A stretch of DNA of 64,000 nt from an uncultured Gammaproteobacteria bacterium (GCA_964435035.1 CAYSXR010000001.1:55259-119258), one strand, 5' to 3'; positions 49,501-57,558 are shown, counted from the first letter of the stretch. Notes: generated by a model not told the origin, from the sequence alone. A program made the numbers and translations.

Positions 49501-49678
49501 TGGTGTAAGAGGTAGTTCGTGGACCCAATATAGTAGACTTGATGGTGATATGGTTTCACAATGTGCCCCAGAGTCAGATGCATATTTGAGAACTGATCCT
49601 TGGACGTATTATGGTCAAGACCTAACCGGTGATGGTAAAGGAGATGGAAAAATAATTATTATTCCAACAAGTGACTAG
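40523..49678 (+). CDS. Giant (3051 aa) Cys-rich cell-surface protein, N-terminally membrane anchored
   Basis: Uninterrupted 9.2-kb ORF with genome-typical composition, an N-terminal TM (IAIIAVVIVVNVLGF), very many Cys pairs, and no internal stops. The only opposite-strand ORFs are short and spurious. Confidence 0.6.
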   Translation: MFFLSKRTKKHSVIAIIAVVIVVNVLGFNLFRPIPVRAFVDVNQGLRNVTDNIGDSLLAAGLGALVNGASYFMRKIAYDTAKYIASGGKGQGALAFQDGFGSYLGNVAADSAFDAIDELGKPFGLNICQPSDIRLQIGLQVSISNIFENELDAQGGPQPSCTYNQFKENWDNARDSMVGDQNLLENFNVSLKTSQGSLGAALGILGKVDSIVAKNELGAQLERLEGGGFKSITGLISGAIKTPAQITKEEATGQLTATAQTKSSAEQIAGLYGADALSIFPMALSVFANTLASTLLQNVLEKGLFPTKGDPSSVADFYASTVNRNRQVAETAFSYLIAGIPQRPLTAYDVVTEYSTCGSNPGLNNCVMDSGLVQALDRARLGTPLTIGEAMSSQNNLLHDDWLLIADHLEGIDPNVSKTNLTNTNLEYCHSSAYCISNVEKLRKARILPLGFEIAVMKSPPDNPWKLGDVVRGFNTCDPSGKPSDAYPYCKLIDPNWILKAPEARCEARVSGPELLTESTPTRREECVDFSTCLETDENGQCKGFGYCTKEENMWNMPGQACAPQFNTCKTYVSATDGQIASYLSRTLDVESCSADSIGCRAYSLEKTGGDTWVTSAEADPATAFSGRTQAIHFTNIAQCPSSAEGCSLFMDPTISDTSSDEARVFLKKAPDYLQCYDTNLVTPDVVEWPQTQAEIVKLNTQKAAACSSFAGACTGEEVGCEVYTPKNGGASVTGIIGGNSCPTQCVGYETFKQEATAFESEKFPLHFIASNARTCTSLQVGCDEFTNIGVASEGGEALEYYTSLKRCERPSGDNSEVFYSWEGSESQGYQLRRNILLPITSSDLNYISSHGLNYKSGDSLESVFPVGSPAYVEDLKSVMQSNYDQCNQESYNLLLNNVLNDSRVADNDCRALYNSNGQIFYRVFRNTVTVSNSCTPLRKTNSELIVDENITAGNGGQTLCEAKGGVWGAGECKRCASGGNYEINSEGVGSCVYQSIKAEATSCPAAANGCRSYVGNTGNNLQIITTFGFEPVGTGVDALNAAKQGWSENTVVQAEALQVGLHSLRVNGQSANYVFDPGTLETGAWYEIRFSARGNTAFGLSIGFSQGGQNIGNAFTFDPSLNQNAPASVSSQWQEYRVGPVQFTGNSNESVQLYFDGAGGNSQFYFIDNIEFAKIGDSIDDHIFRIKNSWRTSEGYEVPRACDSEPNNGLPGEYLGCREYTNNGVSFPLTGFDRLCRDEAVGCRALVDTQNTVEGVRPAEKQAYGVVCRKAIGVTAPTPCSVTLTESPTVSATYGCTVPRGERECRVLNSVVIPAEAEDVPVVFANLQQLEGSCISLNGSCAINNNDKLLIDESTVVVREDSGLIYLAAQDQFVCQEDNLACTRVGLETKNVNANTSSAYSYRDAFIKNDPRIYADILCSGDEVGCAAFKNDNSLVYFKDPEVSGGTQCVYKDKVTLGEGLAARTYSGWFKDTGKCAVSNQECRADVDCGGNDRCIDIGVVPCYENYLDSGNEYNIWSQGSLQYEGNVGMCDTNNNGCTELIDRAAITSSTPNGKSYYALMNDRLKENIGQCEGKVSQKEGCVLFDVTENPDKIFDTSASYDASRAATPIDSLVNPVRSQNTNDANFILKVERDRQCSEWLACGSSITVTDENGNDQVLCQQYIACSKFNSTGECIQPVNNSRDNSQMTEEKYIARSTGWTAPEYSGYSFFGMYNASNFVYLLFEGKTEAYMGYEMSHSFFVGQDVGAGCRETVSTAGDTNYVKADGAVCGFDAGGRCYRQRCIYPIEGRFDFTPAPGNDLATSQANVEKMLIEMQPGICKAYPESTSPFSVEVAVKNIDEEVDMKRNDEFTRFDFTEKKELYERANVCQPGSNSIDCSCEYLKVEYKNGVVDYWATKDSELVAPGICTGGDNDGNPCTTANECGSGSMCSVVKQKGTFIGQRGLCIEYDLSRPLGTSKSTARLHEAFACLTWLPIQVSASSIDLNNMDPAAGYYPVANYDSPLGGGHAYCTESTNRGAGYYNPILDGSGSESDLDVFGSRFGPAGSTINGLQMFLYREGGVKNFYDAVNNPNGVFDSRDQTNYDVDRGTGIYAGLMAKTDTDMATKLKVYRSMQAWAWENIGPSSRILRLDTKGGDRIYYYSKVDDKTNVYGFATLTDAGNSIPNDSGTLMHPPRLFENLGTSLDIGGYYMNPGKGYFFPLVGTAALSPEIGFSGDEELMKFIETDAQVESSLKEEDLESVHFVPISFPDGAEGFNPAILTPNVSIDFAALRRVEAGPARAYREDVYAYTGAPSGPGCDGQPRYRVCDSNNRMIGLSYLLERGTTGVSGNGLLSFDNYSQSREGEYYSSYIESSADVRQRSEIYRRYVSFIFSPDEVAFQSLKTGDARIPDMNSDPFTAECKFPGGKQDRNWLAIGMDFNEDGEFLGYITRWCMNTDNTDGEANGIRFATIAKMQDRCLEYSAVVDNEVPLNEDNNKAWTDRVWINSTYRSGSSLLAILKAETTGLAPYGSLPQSVASAEILRANPTKPVPYYGFPDYDFGVPYQCDGGDGFKNNATPMFGSRSCARPAGESESLTNIAFEITRDPKEGQEKLRELFMKYYEMKNFVNIGSLPNTAIADADRDKSGVIGEIGTATRPPQIFSLNPYTCSQRGGNCTAAEADAFTINFRNFTTTDYNNDGSPDEDTNRQDGVDPIVAEGTYYAIANFFAYADDNRMPIKRVKVEWGDNSFQNDSPDGLYKNRKPYCGATDDFTYNHNANTNSGLGRCVGTQITCSNSEDCQYAGVGGVAVACESPGIPTPSRVGVCKYNPTGPATIPSGTACQSDSDCQPYDDANYLTECVSPDQGSDHSVGQCLSTRRQNTEFTNNVSCQQTSNCPVISGSTATCDLPPLAAPPEGQRHFGDAPRACRSQYFEYSHTYQCTSAEVNAKVGDLQNSGELGDIEAYRRLIGRAGVTPTTDICVFRPKVQVIDNWGWCNGTCDSGNGTLRNGCYGVRGSSWTQYSRLDGDMVSQCAPESDAYLRTDPWTYYGQDLTGDGKGDGKIIIIPTSD

Positions 49679-49701
49679 GAGTTGTATTTAAAAAACAACA
49701 T

Positions 49702-49726
49702 AAAAACACCATAGAATGGTGTTTTT
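49702..49726 (+). terminator. Hairpin aaaaacacca-tagaa-tggtgttttt after the giant gene
   Basis: Perfect 10-bp stem plus a T-tract. Same AAAAACACC...GGTGTTTTT flavour as the repeat-family hairpins. Confidence 0.5.
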
Positions 49727-49736
49727 ATGTTTCGAT

Positions 49737-49760
49737 CCCGCGCATGCATGCATGCGCGGG
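49737..49760. repeat. 24-bp perfect GC-rich palindrome CCCGCGCATGCATGCATGCGCGGG
   Basis: Self-complementary, seen directly. It lies at the boundary between the low-GC backbone and the high-GC islet. Confidence 0.6.
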
Positions 49761-49787
49761 GTCTACGAGACCAGACGTGGGATCATG

Positions 49788-50165
49788 TCAGGGAATCCTG
49801 CATGTGTTTCGGACTGTGTTCTCACTCGTTCCAGTAGGTCCCCAGGGGGATCCTTCAGGATGCAGGCACTGTGCTCGACAGTTATCGAGCCAGGTGAGAG
49901 TACAGTCGTACCCAGAACAGATGACCTGTGTTCCCTCAGGGAAGGGGGGGTTACACGCGACCTGCAGTGTGTCGATCGTCTCGTTGTTGGCAGTTTCCGA
50001 GACTGCCGTGTCGTTGATGATTTCTCCGCCGGAATCGGAGAAAGACGTGTCGTGTTGGCTGGGATCGTCTCCCTTACCAGTCGACGTGTCGGTGGTAGTG
50101 ATGGGACCGGGCTCATTGCCTGGATCCCCGTCGCAAGCCGCCATCGCGAGGGCGGCAGCGATGAC
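49788..50165 (-). CDS. High-GC putative lipoprotein (signal peptide plus LAMAAC lipobox; Cys-rich mature part)
   Basis: MIVIAAALAMAAC-DGDPG... lies in a ~58% GC segment. Both strands carry overlapping ORFs here because of the high GC. The minus-strand ORF is chosen on the signal/lipobox, so strand and start are uncertain. Confidence 0.4.
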   Translation of the reverse strand, partial: VIAAALAMAACDGDPGNEPGPITTTDTSTGKGDDPSQHDTSFSDSGGEIINDTAVSETANNETIDTLQVACNPPFPEGTQVICSGYDCTLTWLDNCRAQCLHPEGSPWGPTGTSENTVRNTCRIP

Positions 50166-50458
50166 TATCATCCTGCAGTGCCACATGGCACATCTCCTCA
50201 ATAATGGGGCTTTTTCTAGATCGGACTTTCCGATTCAGAAATCACTCCAACATATCAAACCAATAAGATTGGGCTTATATAGGGGCCTAATACGTTGGAG
50301 CGAAGATACGACTTAAGAAGGTACATTCTATGGTGATTAAACCATATTTTAGGCATTTTGTCAAGTTAATGTTGATTTTTTGGCTTAGTAGGGCTTGAAA
50401 AAGCCTGTGGGAGCTGGTACACTCAGAGTACTGTTTCTATAGTTAAATTACATAAAAT

Positions 50459-52225
50459 ATGTACCGAACGCATACATGTGGGGAGTTAACAAAGGGGTCA
50501 GTAGGGGCATCTGTCACTCTGGCTGGATGGGTGAATAAGCGACGAAAATTTGGAAATCTGGTATTTGTAGATTTGCGTGATCGATATGGTATTACACAAG
50601 TAGTTTTTAACCCTGAAAAAACAAAAGAATTCGAATTAGCTGAAAAATTGAAGTATGAGTTTGTAATTTCAGTTACAGGAACGGTGGTTGCTCGCGATGA
50701 GAAGAACATTAATACAGAAATTGGAACAGGGACTATCGAACTTCTCGCAAGTGAGATTAAAATTCTCAGTGAAGCTGAAACGTTGCCATTTGAAATTTTT
50801 GATTCAGGAAAAGGTGAGGAAGATGAGGAACTTCGTCTCAAATATCGTTTTCTCGAACTTCGTCGTGAGCGGCTCAAAGAAAATATTTTGTTTCGTGCAC
50901 GCATGATTGGACACATTAGAAACTTCATGGAGTCACGAAATTTTGTGGATATTGCAACTCCGATTCTCACCGTGAGTTCTCCTGAAGGAGCTCGTGATTT
51001 TCTCGTTCCCTCACGACTCCACAAAGGAAAGTTCTATGCACTTCCACAGGCTCCACAGCAATACAAACAATTGCTCATGGTTGCAGGATTTGATCGTTAT
51101 TACCAGGTAGCACCTTGTATGCGTGATGAAGATCCTCGTGCAGATCGATCACCTGGAGAATTTTATCAGCTTGATTGTGAAACCAGTTTCATGACTCAGG
51201 ATGAATTTTTTACACTCATGGAGCCGTTGTTTGTTGAACTTACTGAGAATGTTGCGGGTAAAAAAATAAAATCAAAACCATTCCCTCGAATTCCATTTCG
51301 AGAAGTAATGGAAACATATGGCAGTGATCGTCCTGATTTGCGGTATGATTTGAAGATTACAGAAGTAACTGAATGGGCAAAAACAAGCTCGTTTGAAGTA
51401 TTTACCAAAGCTGATCATGTGCGATTACTCGTAATCCCGGGTGGAGACAAATTTACTCGAGCTGAAATTGATAATGAATATACTGATGCGGCAAAGCGTG
51501 CACATGGCAAAGGTCTCGCGTGGATGAAATTTTCAGACGGAAAATTTGACGGTGGTATCTCAAAATTCTTTGATGCTACACAATTAGAACAGCTTCAACA
51601 ATTACAACAATTACAACAAAACAGCATTCTCTTCTTTGTTGCTGATGTGTGGGAAGTTTCGTGTAAGGCACTTGGAGCCGTGAGAGACCTTGCGGGTAAG
51701 AAATTAGAGCTTGCAGATCCAAATGAAATCGCATGGGCGTGGGTGGTTGATTTCCCATTTTACGAATGGAATGAAGATCAGAAAAAAATTGATTTTGCGC
51801 ATAATCCATTTTCAATGCCACAAGGTGGAATGGATGCACTACTCAATCAAGAACCGCTAACTATCAAAGCATTCCAATACGATATTATTGCAAATGGTCT
51901 CGAGCTCTCAAGTGGGGCGGTACGAAATAAAGATGCGAGTCTCATGTACAAAGCATTTGAAATCGCAGGATATGGTCCAGAAGTGGTAGACAAGAAATTC
52001 GGACATATGATCAAGGCATTTAGCTATGGAGCTCCACCTCACTGTGGATTTGCTCCTGGAATTGAGCGCCTCGTCATGCTTCTTCGTGGTGAAGATAATA
52101 TCCGCGCAGTAGTTCCATTCCCCAAGAACCAAAAAGCAGAAGAACCAATGGTTGGAAGTCCTGCAGAAGTAGAGGACATACAATTGAAAGAACTGGGAAT
52201 AAAAGTTGATCTCTCCAAAAAGTAA
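50459..52225 (+). CDS. aspS: Aspartyl-tRNA synthetase (bacterial type)
   Basis: N-terminal OB-fold anticodon-binding domain, class II motifs, 588 aa. Contains a (caacaatta)x3 tract encoding QLQQLQQLQQ at 51591-51617. Confidence 0.85.
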   Translation: MYRTHTCGELTKGSVGASVTLAGWVNKRRKFGNLVFVDLRDRYGITQVVFNPEKTKEFELAEKLKYEFVISVTGTVVARDEKNINTEIGTGTIELLASEIKILSEAETLPFEIFDSGKGEEDEELRLKYRFLELRRERLKENILFRARMIGHIRNFMESRNFVDIATPILTVSSPEGARDFLVPSRLHKGKFYALPQAPQQYKQLLMVAGFDRYYQVAPCMRDEDPRADRSPGEFYQLDCETSFMTQDEFFTLMEPLFVELTENVAGKKIKSKPFPRIPFREVMETYGSDRPDLRYDLKITEVTEWAKTSSFEVFTKADHVRLLVIPGGDKFTRAEIDNEYTDAAKRAHGKGLAWMKFSDGKFDGGISKFFDATQLEQLQQLQQLQQNSILFFVADVWEVSCKALGAVRDLAGKKLELADPNEIAWAWVVDFPFYEWNEDQKKIDFAHNPFSMPQGGMDALLNQEPLTIKAFQYDIIANGLELSSGAVRNKDASLMYKAFEIAGYGPEVVDKKFGHMIKAFSYGAPPHCGFAPGIERLVMLLRGEDNIRAVVPFPKNQKAEEPMVGSPAEVEDIQLKELGIKVDLSKK

Positions 52226-52246
52226 CCTGGGTGTAATAATCCGTGC

Positions 52247-53881
52247 ATGCTTAAGAAATTTTTAAGCTCCTACATTTTTCTGATTATTTCAGGCGCCATT
52301 GGTGCGTTACTCTTTTTGCTTTTGTATAGTGAATTGCTCGATACGTCTTACATCGAGTGGACCTTGTGGATCGGGGGAGATCCATTTCAGCACTACATTG
52401 GCTGGGAATTATTCAGGGATTCTCCCTGGTCATTTCCGCTGGGGAATATTAGTCATCTCGTATATCCAAATGGTGTACCGCTTACCTTCACGGACTCGAT
52501 TCCATTGTTTTCATTTATTTTGAAATTATTTTCAACATGGCTTCCATTTCCATTCCAGTTTGATGGTATCTGGATACTGAGTTGTTTTATTCTGCAAGGA
52601 ATTTTTGGGTATCTACTTACGTATCACTATCTACAGAAGAAATTGTTGTCTGTAATCGGAAGTATATTTTTTATTCTGTCTCCGATCATGCTCTTCCGTC
52701 TCGGAGGACACTCAGCACTCGGAGCACACTGGCTTATCCTCTGGTCATTGTGGTTGGTGTTAAAAAACGGAAAAACTCGAATCTGGCAGTGGACTGCAAT
52801 TTTAATATTGACGGTATTGATTCATCCGTACCTTCTATTTATTTGCGGAGCGTTATTTGTGGCGGATTTGGTGAGACGAATACAGAAGTTAAAAATACTG
52901 TCATGGGGAAGAGGAAGTATTTTTTTTGGAATTGAAGTTTTACTTGTACTCTTGCTTTCATGGGTTGTGGGCATATTCTCAGCTGGAAGCGGAGCGGCAC
53001 CCGGATATGGAGTATTTTCCCTTGATCTGAACAGTCTTATTAATCCCTATGGCTGGTCAACGATTATCAAAAACATGAATGTTCGTGAGCCAAATGAAGG
53101 GTTTGCGTATCTAGGACTTGGTATTCTCATACTACTAGGTCTTTCCCTATACCAGCTCATACAAGATAAAAAATATACTCAGATTAAGGAAAAACTGCAG
53201 GGGTGGTGGCCGTTAGTTACCGTAGCATGTGTTCTGACATTACTTGCAATAACAAATGTTGTTTCAGTATGGGGAAAAGAGATAATTACTATTCCATTAC
53301 CCGATAGTATTCGTGAAGGAGTCATGGGAATTGTGCGATCATCAGGTAGATTGTTCTGGCCTGTGTATTATCTGATCATACTCACATCTTTTTTTGTTAT
53401 AAAAAAATCTCGCCTCTATGTTGCGTATGGGCTTATGATTTCTGCTGTTTTAATACAGGGCTATGACTTCAAAGATAAGCTTTTGGAATTGGATAATTTT
53501 TATGAGGACGTTGAGTGGCATAGTCAACTGATAGATCCATTTTGGGAAAAAGCAGCAGCTACTATGGAGCATATTTCTTTTGTGCCATCATATGCTGGAG
53601 GAATAACATATGAGACCGTGGCACTTTTTGCAGCAAAACATAATATGACTCTAAATACAGGGTACGTAGTCAGGGCAGCAGGGCTTCTCAACAAAGATTT
53701 TATGGATGCAGAAGCAAAGTCTCTTCAAGAAGGAATAGTTGCAGATAATACGCTATATATTTTTCTAGATGAAAAAATAGCATTTCAGATGACTGAGAAA
53801 GTAGATGAATCATTGTATGTAGTAAAAACAATTGATGGATACACCGTACTCGCTCCGGTAGATTTGGTAACAGAGAAATAA
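52247..53881 (+). CDS. Polytopic integral membrane protein, possibly a GT-C-type glycosyltransferase or polymerase
   Basis: About 10+ hydrophobic segments. Sits next to the GT2 and GT-C genes. Confidence 0.4.
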   Translation: MLKKFLSSYIFLIISGAIGALLFLLLYSELLDTSYIEWTLWIGGDPFQHYIGWELFRDSPWSFPLGNISHLVYPNGVPLTFTDSIPLFSFILKLFSTWLPFPFQFDGIWILSCFILQGIFGYLLTYHYLQKKLLSVIGSIFFILSPIMLFRLGGHSALGAHWLILWSLWLVLKNGKTRIWQWTAILILTVLIHPYLLFICGALFVADLVRRIQKLKILSWGRGSIFFGIEVLLVLLLSWVVGIFSAGSGAAPGYGVFSLDLNSLINPYGWSTIIKNMNVREPNEGFAYLGLGILILLGLSLYQLIQDKKYTQIKEKLQGWWPLVTVACVLTLLAITNVVSVWGKEIITIPLPDSIREGVMGIVRSSGRLFWPVYYLIILTSFFVIKKSRLYVAYGLMISAVLIQGYDFKDKLLELDNFYEDVEWHSQLIDPFWEKAAATMEHISFVPSYAGGITYETVALFAAKHNMTLNTGYVVRAAGLLNKDFMDAEAKSLQEGIVADNTLYIFLDEKIAFQMTEKVDESLYVVKTIDGYTVLAPVDLVTEK

Positions 53882-53886
53882 AAAAT

Positions 53887-54624
53887 ATGGAAACACATCG
53901 AGCTATAATTATTCCCGTATATAATGGGGCATCATACTTGCCTGAAACATTTCGAGAATTAGGTCAGTTAATAATAAATCATCAGATTATTTTTGTTAAT
54001 GACGGGAGTATTGATGAGACAGGTGCACTTCTAGAAAAATTCTATACAGAAAATACGTCTTCAGTTGCGATAGTGACATATACAAAAAACATGGGTAAGG
54101 GATATGCGATACGCGAAGGATTAAAGAAAGTTCAGGGAGAGTGTACGGTGGTTGCATTCACTGATGTAGAAATTCCTTATGGTGTCGAAGCTCTTCAGTC
54201 TGGATTTTGTGTTCTTGAGGAGAGAGATGAATTATCATTTGTGTATGGAACAAGAACTGCTGCGGAAAAAACTAAGAGTCAATATTCAGCATATCGAAAA
54301 ATTGGCACACGGTTATTTCGATTATTATTGCCCCGAAAATTGAGAAATATTTCAGATACCCAGAGTGGATTAAAAGTATTCAAGAGAAAAGCTGCGGAAA
54401 TAATTTTCCCATTGGTCAAAACAAATCGGTGGGTATTTGATCTCGAGATTTTTCTGATTGGGGAAGAACATGAAATGAACTACCAAGAATTACCTGTACA
54501 ATTGAAACCGACGTGTATAACACGTAGGGGAGGGGTGCACTTTGTAAAACATGGGTGGAAAATTTTAGCCGATATTATTCGTATTCGCTCCTATGCATTT
54601 CGCGGACTATATAAAAAAACCTAG
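53887..54624 (+). CDS. Glycosyltransferase family 2 (polyprenyl-phosphate glycosyltransferase-like)
   Basis: IIPVYNGASYLPETF...FVNDGSIDETGALL N-terminal GT-A signature. Confidence 0.65.
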   Translation: METHRAIIIPVYNGASYLPETFRELGQLIINHQIIFVNDGSIDETGALLEKFYTENTSSVAIVTYTKNMGKGYAIREGLKKVQGECTVVAFTDVEIPYGVEALQSGFCVLEERDELSFVYGTRTAAEKTKSQYSAYRKIGTRLFRLLLPRKLRNISDTQSGLKVFKRKAAEIIFPLVKTNRWVFDLEIFLIGEEHEMNYQELPVQLKPTCITRRGGVHFVKHGWKILADIIRIRSYAFRGLYKKT

Positions 54625-56248
54625 AGTACAACACTGCTTGATCGGTGCGATACTTTTGATACTAGGGTTTATATTGTATTCTAAGACACTTACGGTTGGA
54701 TTTTTGAGTGATGATTGGCATGCAGTGTCAGTCGTCAAAGATGCAAAAAATATTTTTCAATTTTTCGTTACTAATATTGTGGGAACTACTGCTGGCAGTA
54801 GTTATGGACCCTTCTGGAATCTTGCATTATTTTTTCAGTATCAATTATTTCACCTGCAGTCAGTGGGCTACCATGTCGTAAGTATACTGACGATGGTTAC
54901 TACCGCTTTCGTATTGTACGGTTTTGCTCGTCGACTAATCAGATCATTTGTCATTGCAAGTGTCGCGGCAATAGTATTTTTATTTGTACCAAGCCATGTT
55001 GAATCGGTTGCTTGGATTTCGGGCCAGCCGCATTTGATAGCGACGGCACTCTATGTAGCTGCACTATATTGCTATAGTGTGTTCTCGTCACAAAAAAAAG
55101 TAATGTATTATGTTAGTGCATGCGCTTTGGCTCTTGGTTCGTTATTAACAAAAGAAATTGGTATCAGTGTTATCGTAATTTTTTTCCTTATTGATATATG
55201 GTTTGGTACCATTTTATTAAAAAAAACAGAACTAAAAAAAACAGTAGTATATGTGCTGAAATATTATCTGCCACTGATGGTGATTTTTGTGTTGTACATG
55301 GTAATGCGTAGGTACACAACGGGGGTAGTACTAGGCTATTACGGAAGTCAGTCGCTGATTTTTTCAGTAACAGAAATGATTGAAATGGCGATTCGAATGA
55401 CTATTGGGTTATTTATGTCATATCCACTAAGAGAGGGCGTGGTTCTTGAAATCATAGGTCACCTTAGAATTGTGGCGGTGTGTATCATGGTCGCATACGC
55501 AGGTATTCTCTGGGTGTGTAGAAAGCAGGTGTATACCATAGTATTGATTACACTCTGTTATGTAGCTTCACTCGTACCGTACCTTACGCTTCAGTATAAT
55601 GCACTAAGTAACGAGGGCGAGCGTTACACCTATGTACCTTCCTTATTTGCATCGTTGGGTATAGCGTATTGCCTGTATGTTATCCTAAACCGATTTCGTG
55701 GAGGTAAAATAATGTATGGGGCAGTTGTAGTGCTTATTGTGGTGGCTTGTATCTTTCCTATTCAGAAAAAAAATGCTGAATGGATCAAGGCAGGAGTAAT
55801 TGTGCGAGAAACATTACCAACGATTCAGAATCTATCACTTACTACTGATAAGCCGATCATCTTGGTGGGGCTGCCCGATCGAATTGAGGGGGCACAACTA
55901 TTCAGAAATGGGACACTACTCGCGATAGAATTATTAGGATATGGAAAGTATACAGGAGATCGCGTGTTGATGGCGCCCTTATTATCAGAGAGTTATTCAG
56001 AAGAAGTTGAGGTTATTGATATGCGTACATGCGAGGACGATATGGAAGCGCTGTGTATATTATCAGGTGAAGGTAGGCATCGTGTGTTCACTGGATTACC
56101 AGCCGTAGAGATGTACGACATAAAATTTATTTTAGAAGATTTTAGAAAAACTGATCATACGGGAGAGTATCTACGGATTGAGGGTGCAGCTGAGGGCGTC
56201 AATTTAGTGTATTTCAATCATAATGCGTTTCAATTATTCGCCAAATAA
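54593..56248 (+). CDS. Polytopic membrane protein, GT-C fold glycosyltransferase-like (ArnT/PMT-like)
   Basis: Multi-TM with a periplasmic C-terminal domain. Paired with the GT2 gene. Confidence 0.4.
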   Translation: MHFADYIKKPRVQHCLIGAILLILGFILYSKTLTVGFLSDDWHAVSVVKDAKNIFQFFVTNIVGTTAGSSYGPFWNLALFFQYQLFHLQSVGYHVVSILTMVTTAFVLYGFARRLIRSFVIASVAAIVFLFVPSHVESVAWISGQPHLIATALYVAALYCYSVFSSQKKVMYYVSACALALGSLLTKEIGISVIVIFFLIDIWFGTILLKKTELKKTVVYVLKYYLPLMVIFVLYMVMRRYTTGVVLGYYGSQSLIFSVTEMIEMAIRMTIGLFMSYPLREGVVLEIIGHLRIVAVCIMVAYAGILWVCRKQVYTIVLITLCYVASLVPYLTLQYNALSNEGERYTYVPSLFASLGIAYCLYVILNRFRGGKIMYGAVVVLIVVACIFPIQKKNAEWIKAGVIVRETLPTIQNLSLTTDKPIILVGLPDRIEGAQLFRNGTLLAIELLGYGKYTGDRVLMAPLLSESYSEEVEVIDMRTCEDDMEALCILSGEGRHRVFTGLPAVEMYDIKFILEDFRKTDHTGEYLRIEGAAEGVNLVYFNHNAFQLFAK

Positions 56249-56275
56249 CCCTTGCGACCAAGGGTTATTTTTGCT
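56249..56275 (+). terminator. Hairpin aacccttg-cgac-caagggtt plus a T-tract
   Basis: Perfect 8-bp stem followed by atttttg. Confidence 0.5.
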
Positions 56276-56291
56276 AGACTAGACCGTACGT

Positions 56292-56978
56292 ATGGATATA
56301 AAAGTAGGACAATTTAGCGGTCCGCTTGATCTGTTGCTCGGGCTTATTCAGGAAGAGAAATTGGAAATCAGTGAGGTTTCAATGGCACATGTTACTGAGC
56401 AATTTCTTTTGTATCTAGAAAAACTCGAGGAAACAGATGCTGTTGAACTTGCTGATTTTCTCGTAGTCGCTGCAAAATTGTTGTTTGCAAAATCAAAACA
56501 CCTACTATCTTCGATTGAACCAGATGAAGAAGAGGGTTCTCCGTTGGAAGAACAATTGAGGCTCTATCGACTATTTGTTGAAACGAGTAAAAAAATAGAT
56601 GCACTGTGGATGGGGTCATTTCATAGTTATGTGAGAATCGAGGAACCGAGGCTTCCAGTGTCTATTCCAGTGCCTGAAAATTTGACGCTGAACAATTGGA
56701 GTATTTCAATTGCGAATCTCCTCAAACGTTTGTCGCCTCCGAAAGCACTGCCTGAGACTCGAATTGACCGTACTGTTTCTTTGAAAGAAACTATATCCCG
56801 TTTGAAAAAATTATTGGAAGTAGAAGGACAGACCAAATTTTCAGATATTTTGGGGGGTAGTGCAACAAAAACGGAAATTATTGTCAGTTTTTTGGCACTA
56901 CTCGAATTGGTAAAACAGCGGGAGGCAGAAGTAAATCAAACAGCCGCGTTTTCAGACATTCATATTGTTAAAGCCTAA
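56292..56978 (+). CDS. scpA: Segregation and condensation protein A
   Basis: FSGPLDLLLGLIQEEKLEISEVSMAHVTEQFLLYL matches the ScpA N-terminal signature. Confidence 0.7.
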   Translation: MDIKVGQFSGPLDLLLGLIQEEKLEISEVSMAHVTEQFLLYLEKLEETDAVELADFLVVAAKLLFAKSKHLLSSIEPDEEEGSPLEEQLRLYRLFVETSKKIDALWMGSFHSYVRIEEPRLPVSIPVPENLTLNNWSISIANLLKRLSPPKALPETRIDRTVSLKETISRLKKLLEVEGQTKFSDILGGSATKTEIIVSFLALLELVKQREAEVNQTAAFSDIHIVKA

Positions 56979-56987
56979 CATTCTTGT

Positions 56988-57539
56988 ATGAAAGACATTG
57001 TCAGTATTCTCGAATCAATTCTATTTGTCGCATCAAAACCGCTCACCGTGAAAGCTCTTGCACGAGCACTGGAAGTGAGTGAAGGAGATATTGAAGGTGG
57101 CTTAGTTCGTATAAGTGAAAAGTATACTGGGGTATGTGGAATACACTATCTGCGCGTGGATGATACGTTGCAATTGGTGACCAATCCTGAAAATACTGTC
57201 GAAGTTGAAAAATTTGTAGCACGGGATATATTAGGCGAACTCACTAAAGCGCAATTAGAGACACTCACCGTCATCGGCTATCGAGGTCCGATTACCAGAC
57301 CTGAAATTGAAGAAATCAGAGGAGTGAATTGTGCAGTCATACTTCGTACATTATTAATTCGTGATTTGGTAGAAGAACATGAGTCAAGTGATAGTGTGCT
57401 GCCAACATATACAGTGTCAATTACCGCGTTACGGCAATTAGGTGTAGATAAAGTGGAAGAATTACCTGACTATGTGGAAATTCATAATCATGCATATTTT
57501 TCTCGACCGGGAGAAAGTTCACATTCTGAAATTAAGTAA
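56988..57539 (+). CDS. scpB: Segregation and condensation protein B
   Basis: ILESILFVASKPLTVKALARAL matches the ScpB winged-helix N-terminus. Confidence 0.7.
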   Translation: MKDIVSILESILFVASKPLTVKALARALEVSEGDIEGGLVRISEKYTGVCGIHYLRVDDTLQLVTNPENTVEVEKFVARDILGELTKAQLETLTVIGYRGPITRPEIEEIRGVNCAVILRTLLIRDLVEEHESSDSVLPTYTVSITALRQLGVDKVEELPDYVEIHNHAYFSRPGESSHSEIK

Positions 57540-57558
57540 CTGTCCGAGGATTTTGTAT

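Noticed and set aside
49716-50316. Plus-strand ORFs 49716-50204 and 49744-50316 in the high-GC islet
   Set aside because: They have no RBS and their start lies inside the GC palindrome. The minus-strand frame has a textbook signal peptide and lipobox. Strand choice remains uncertain.
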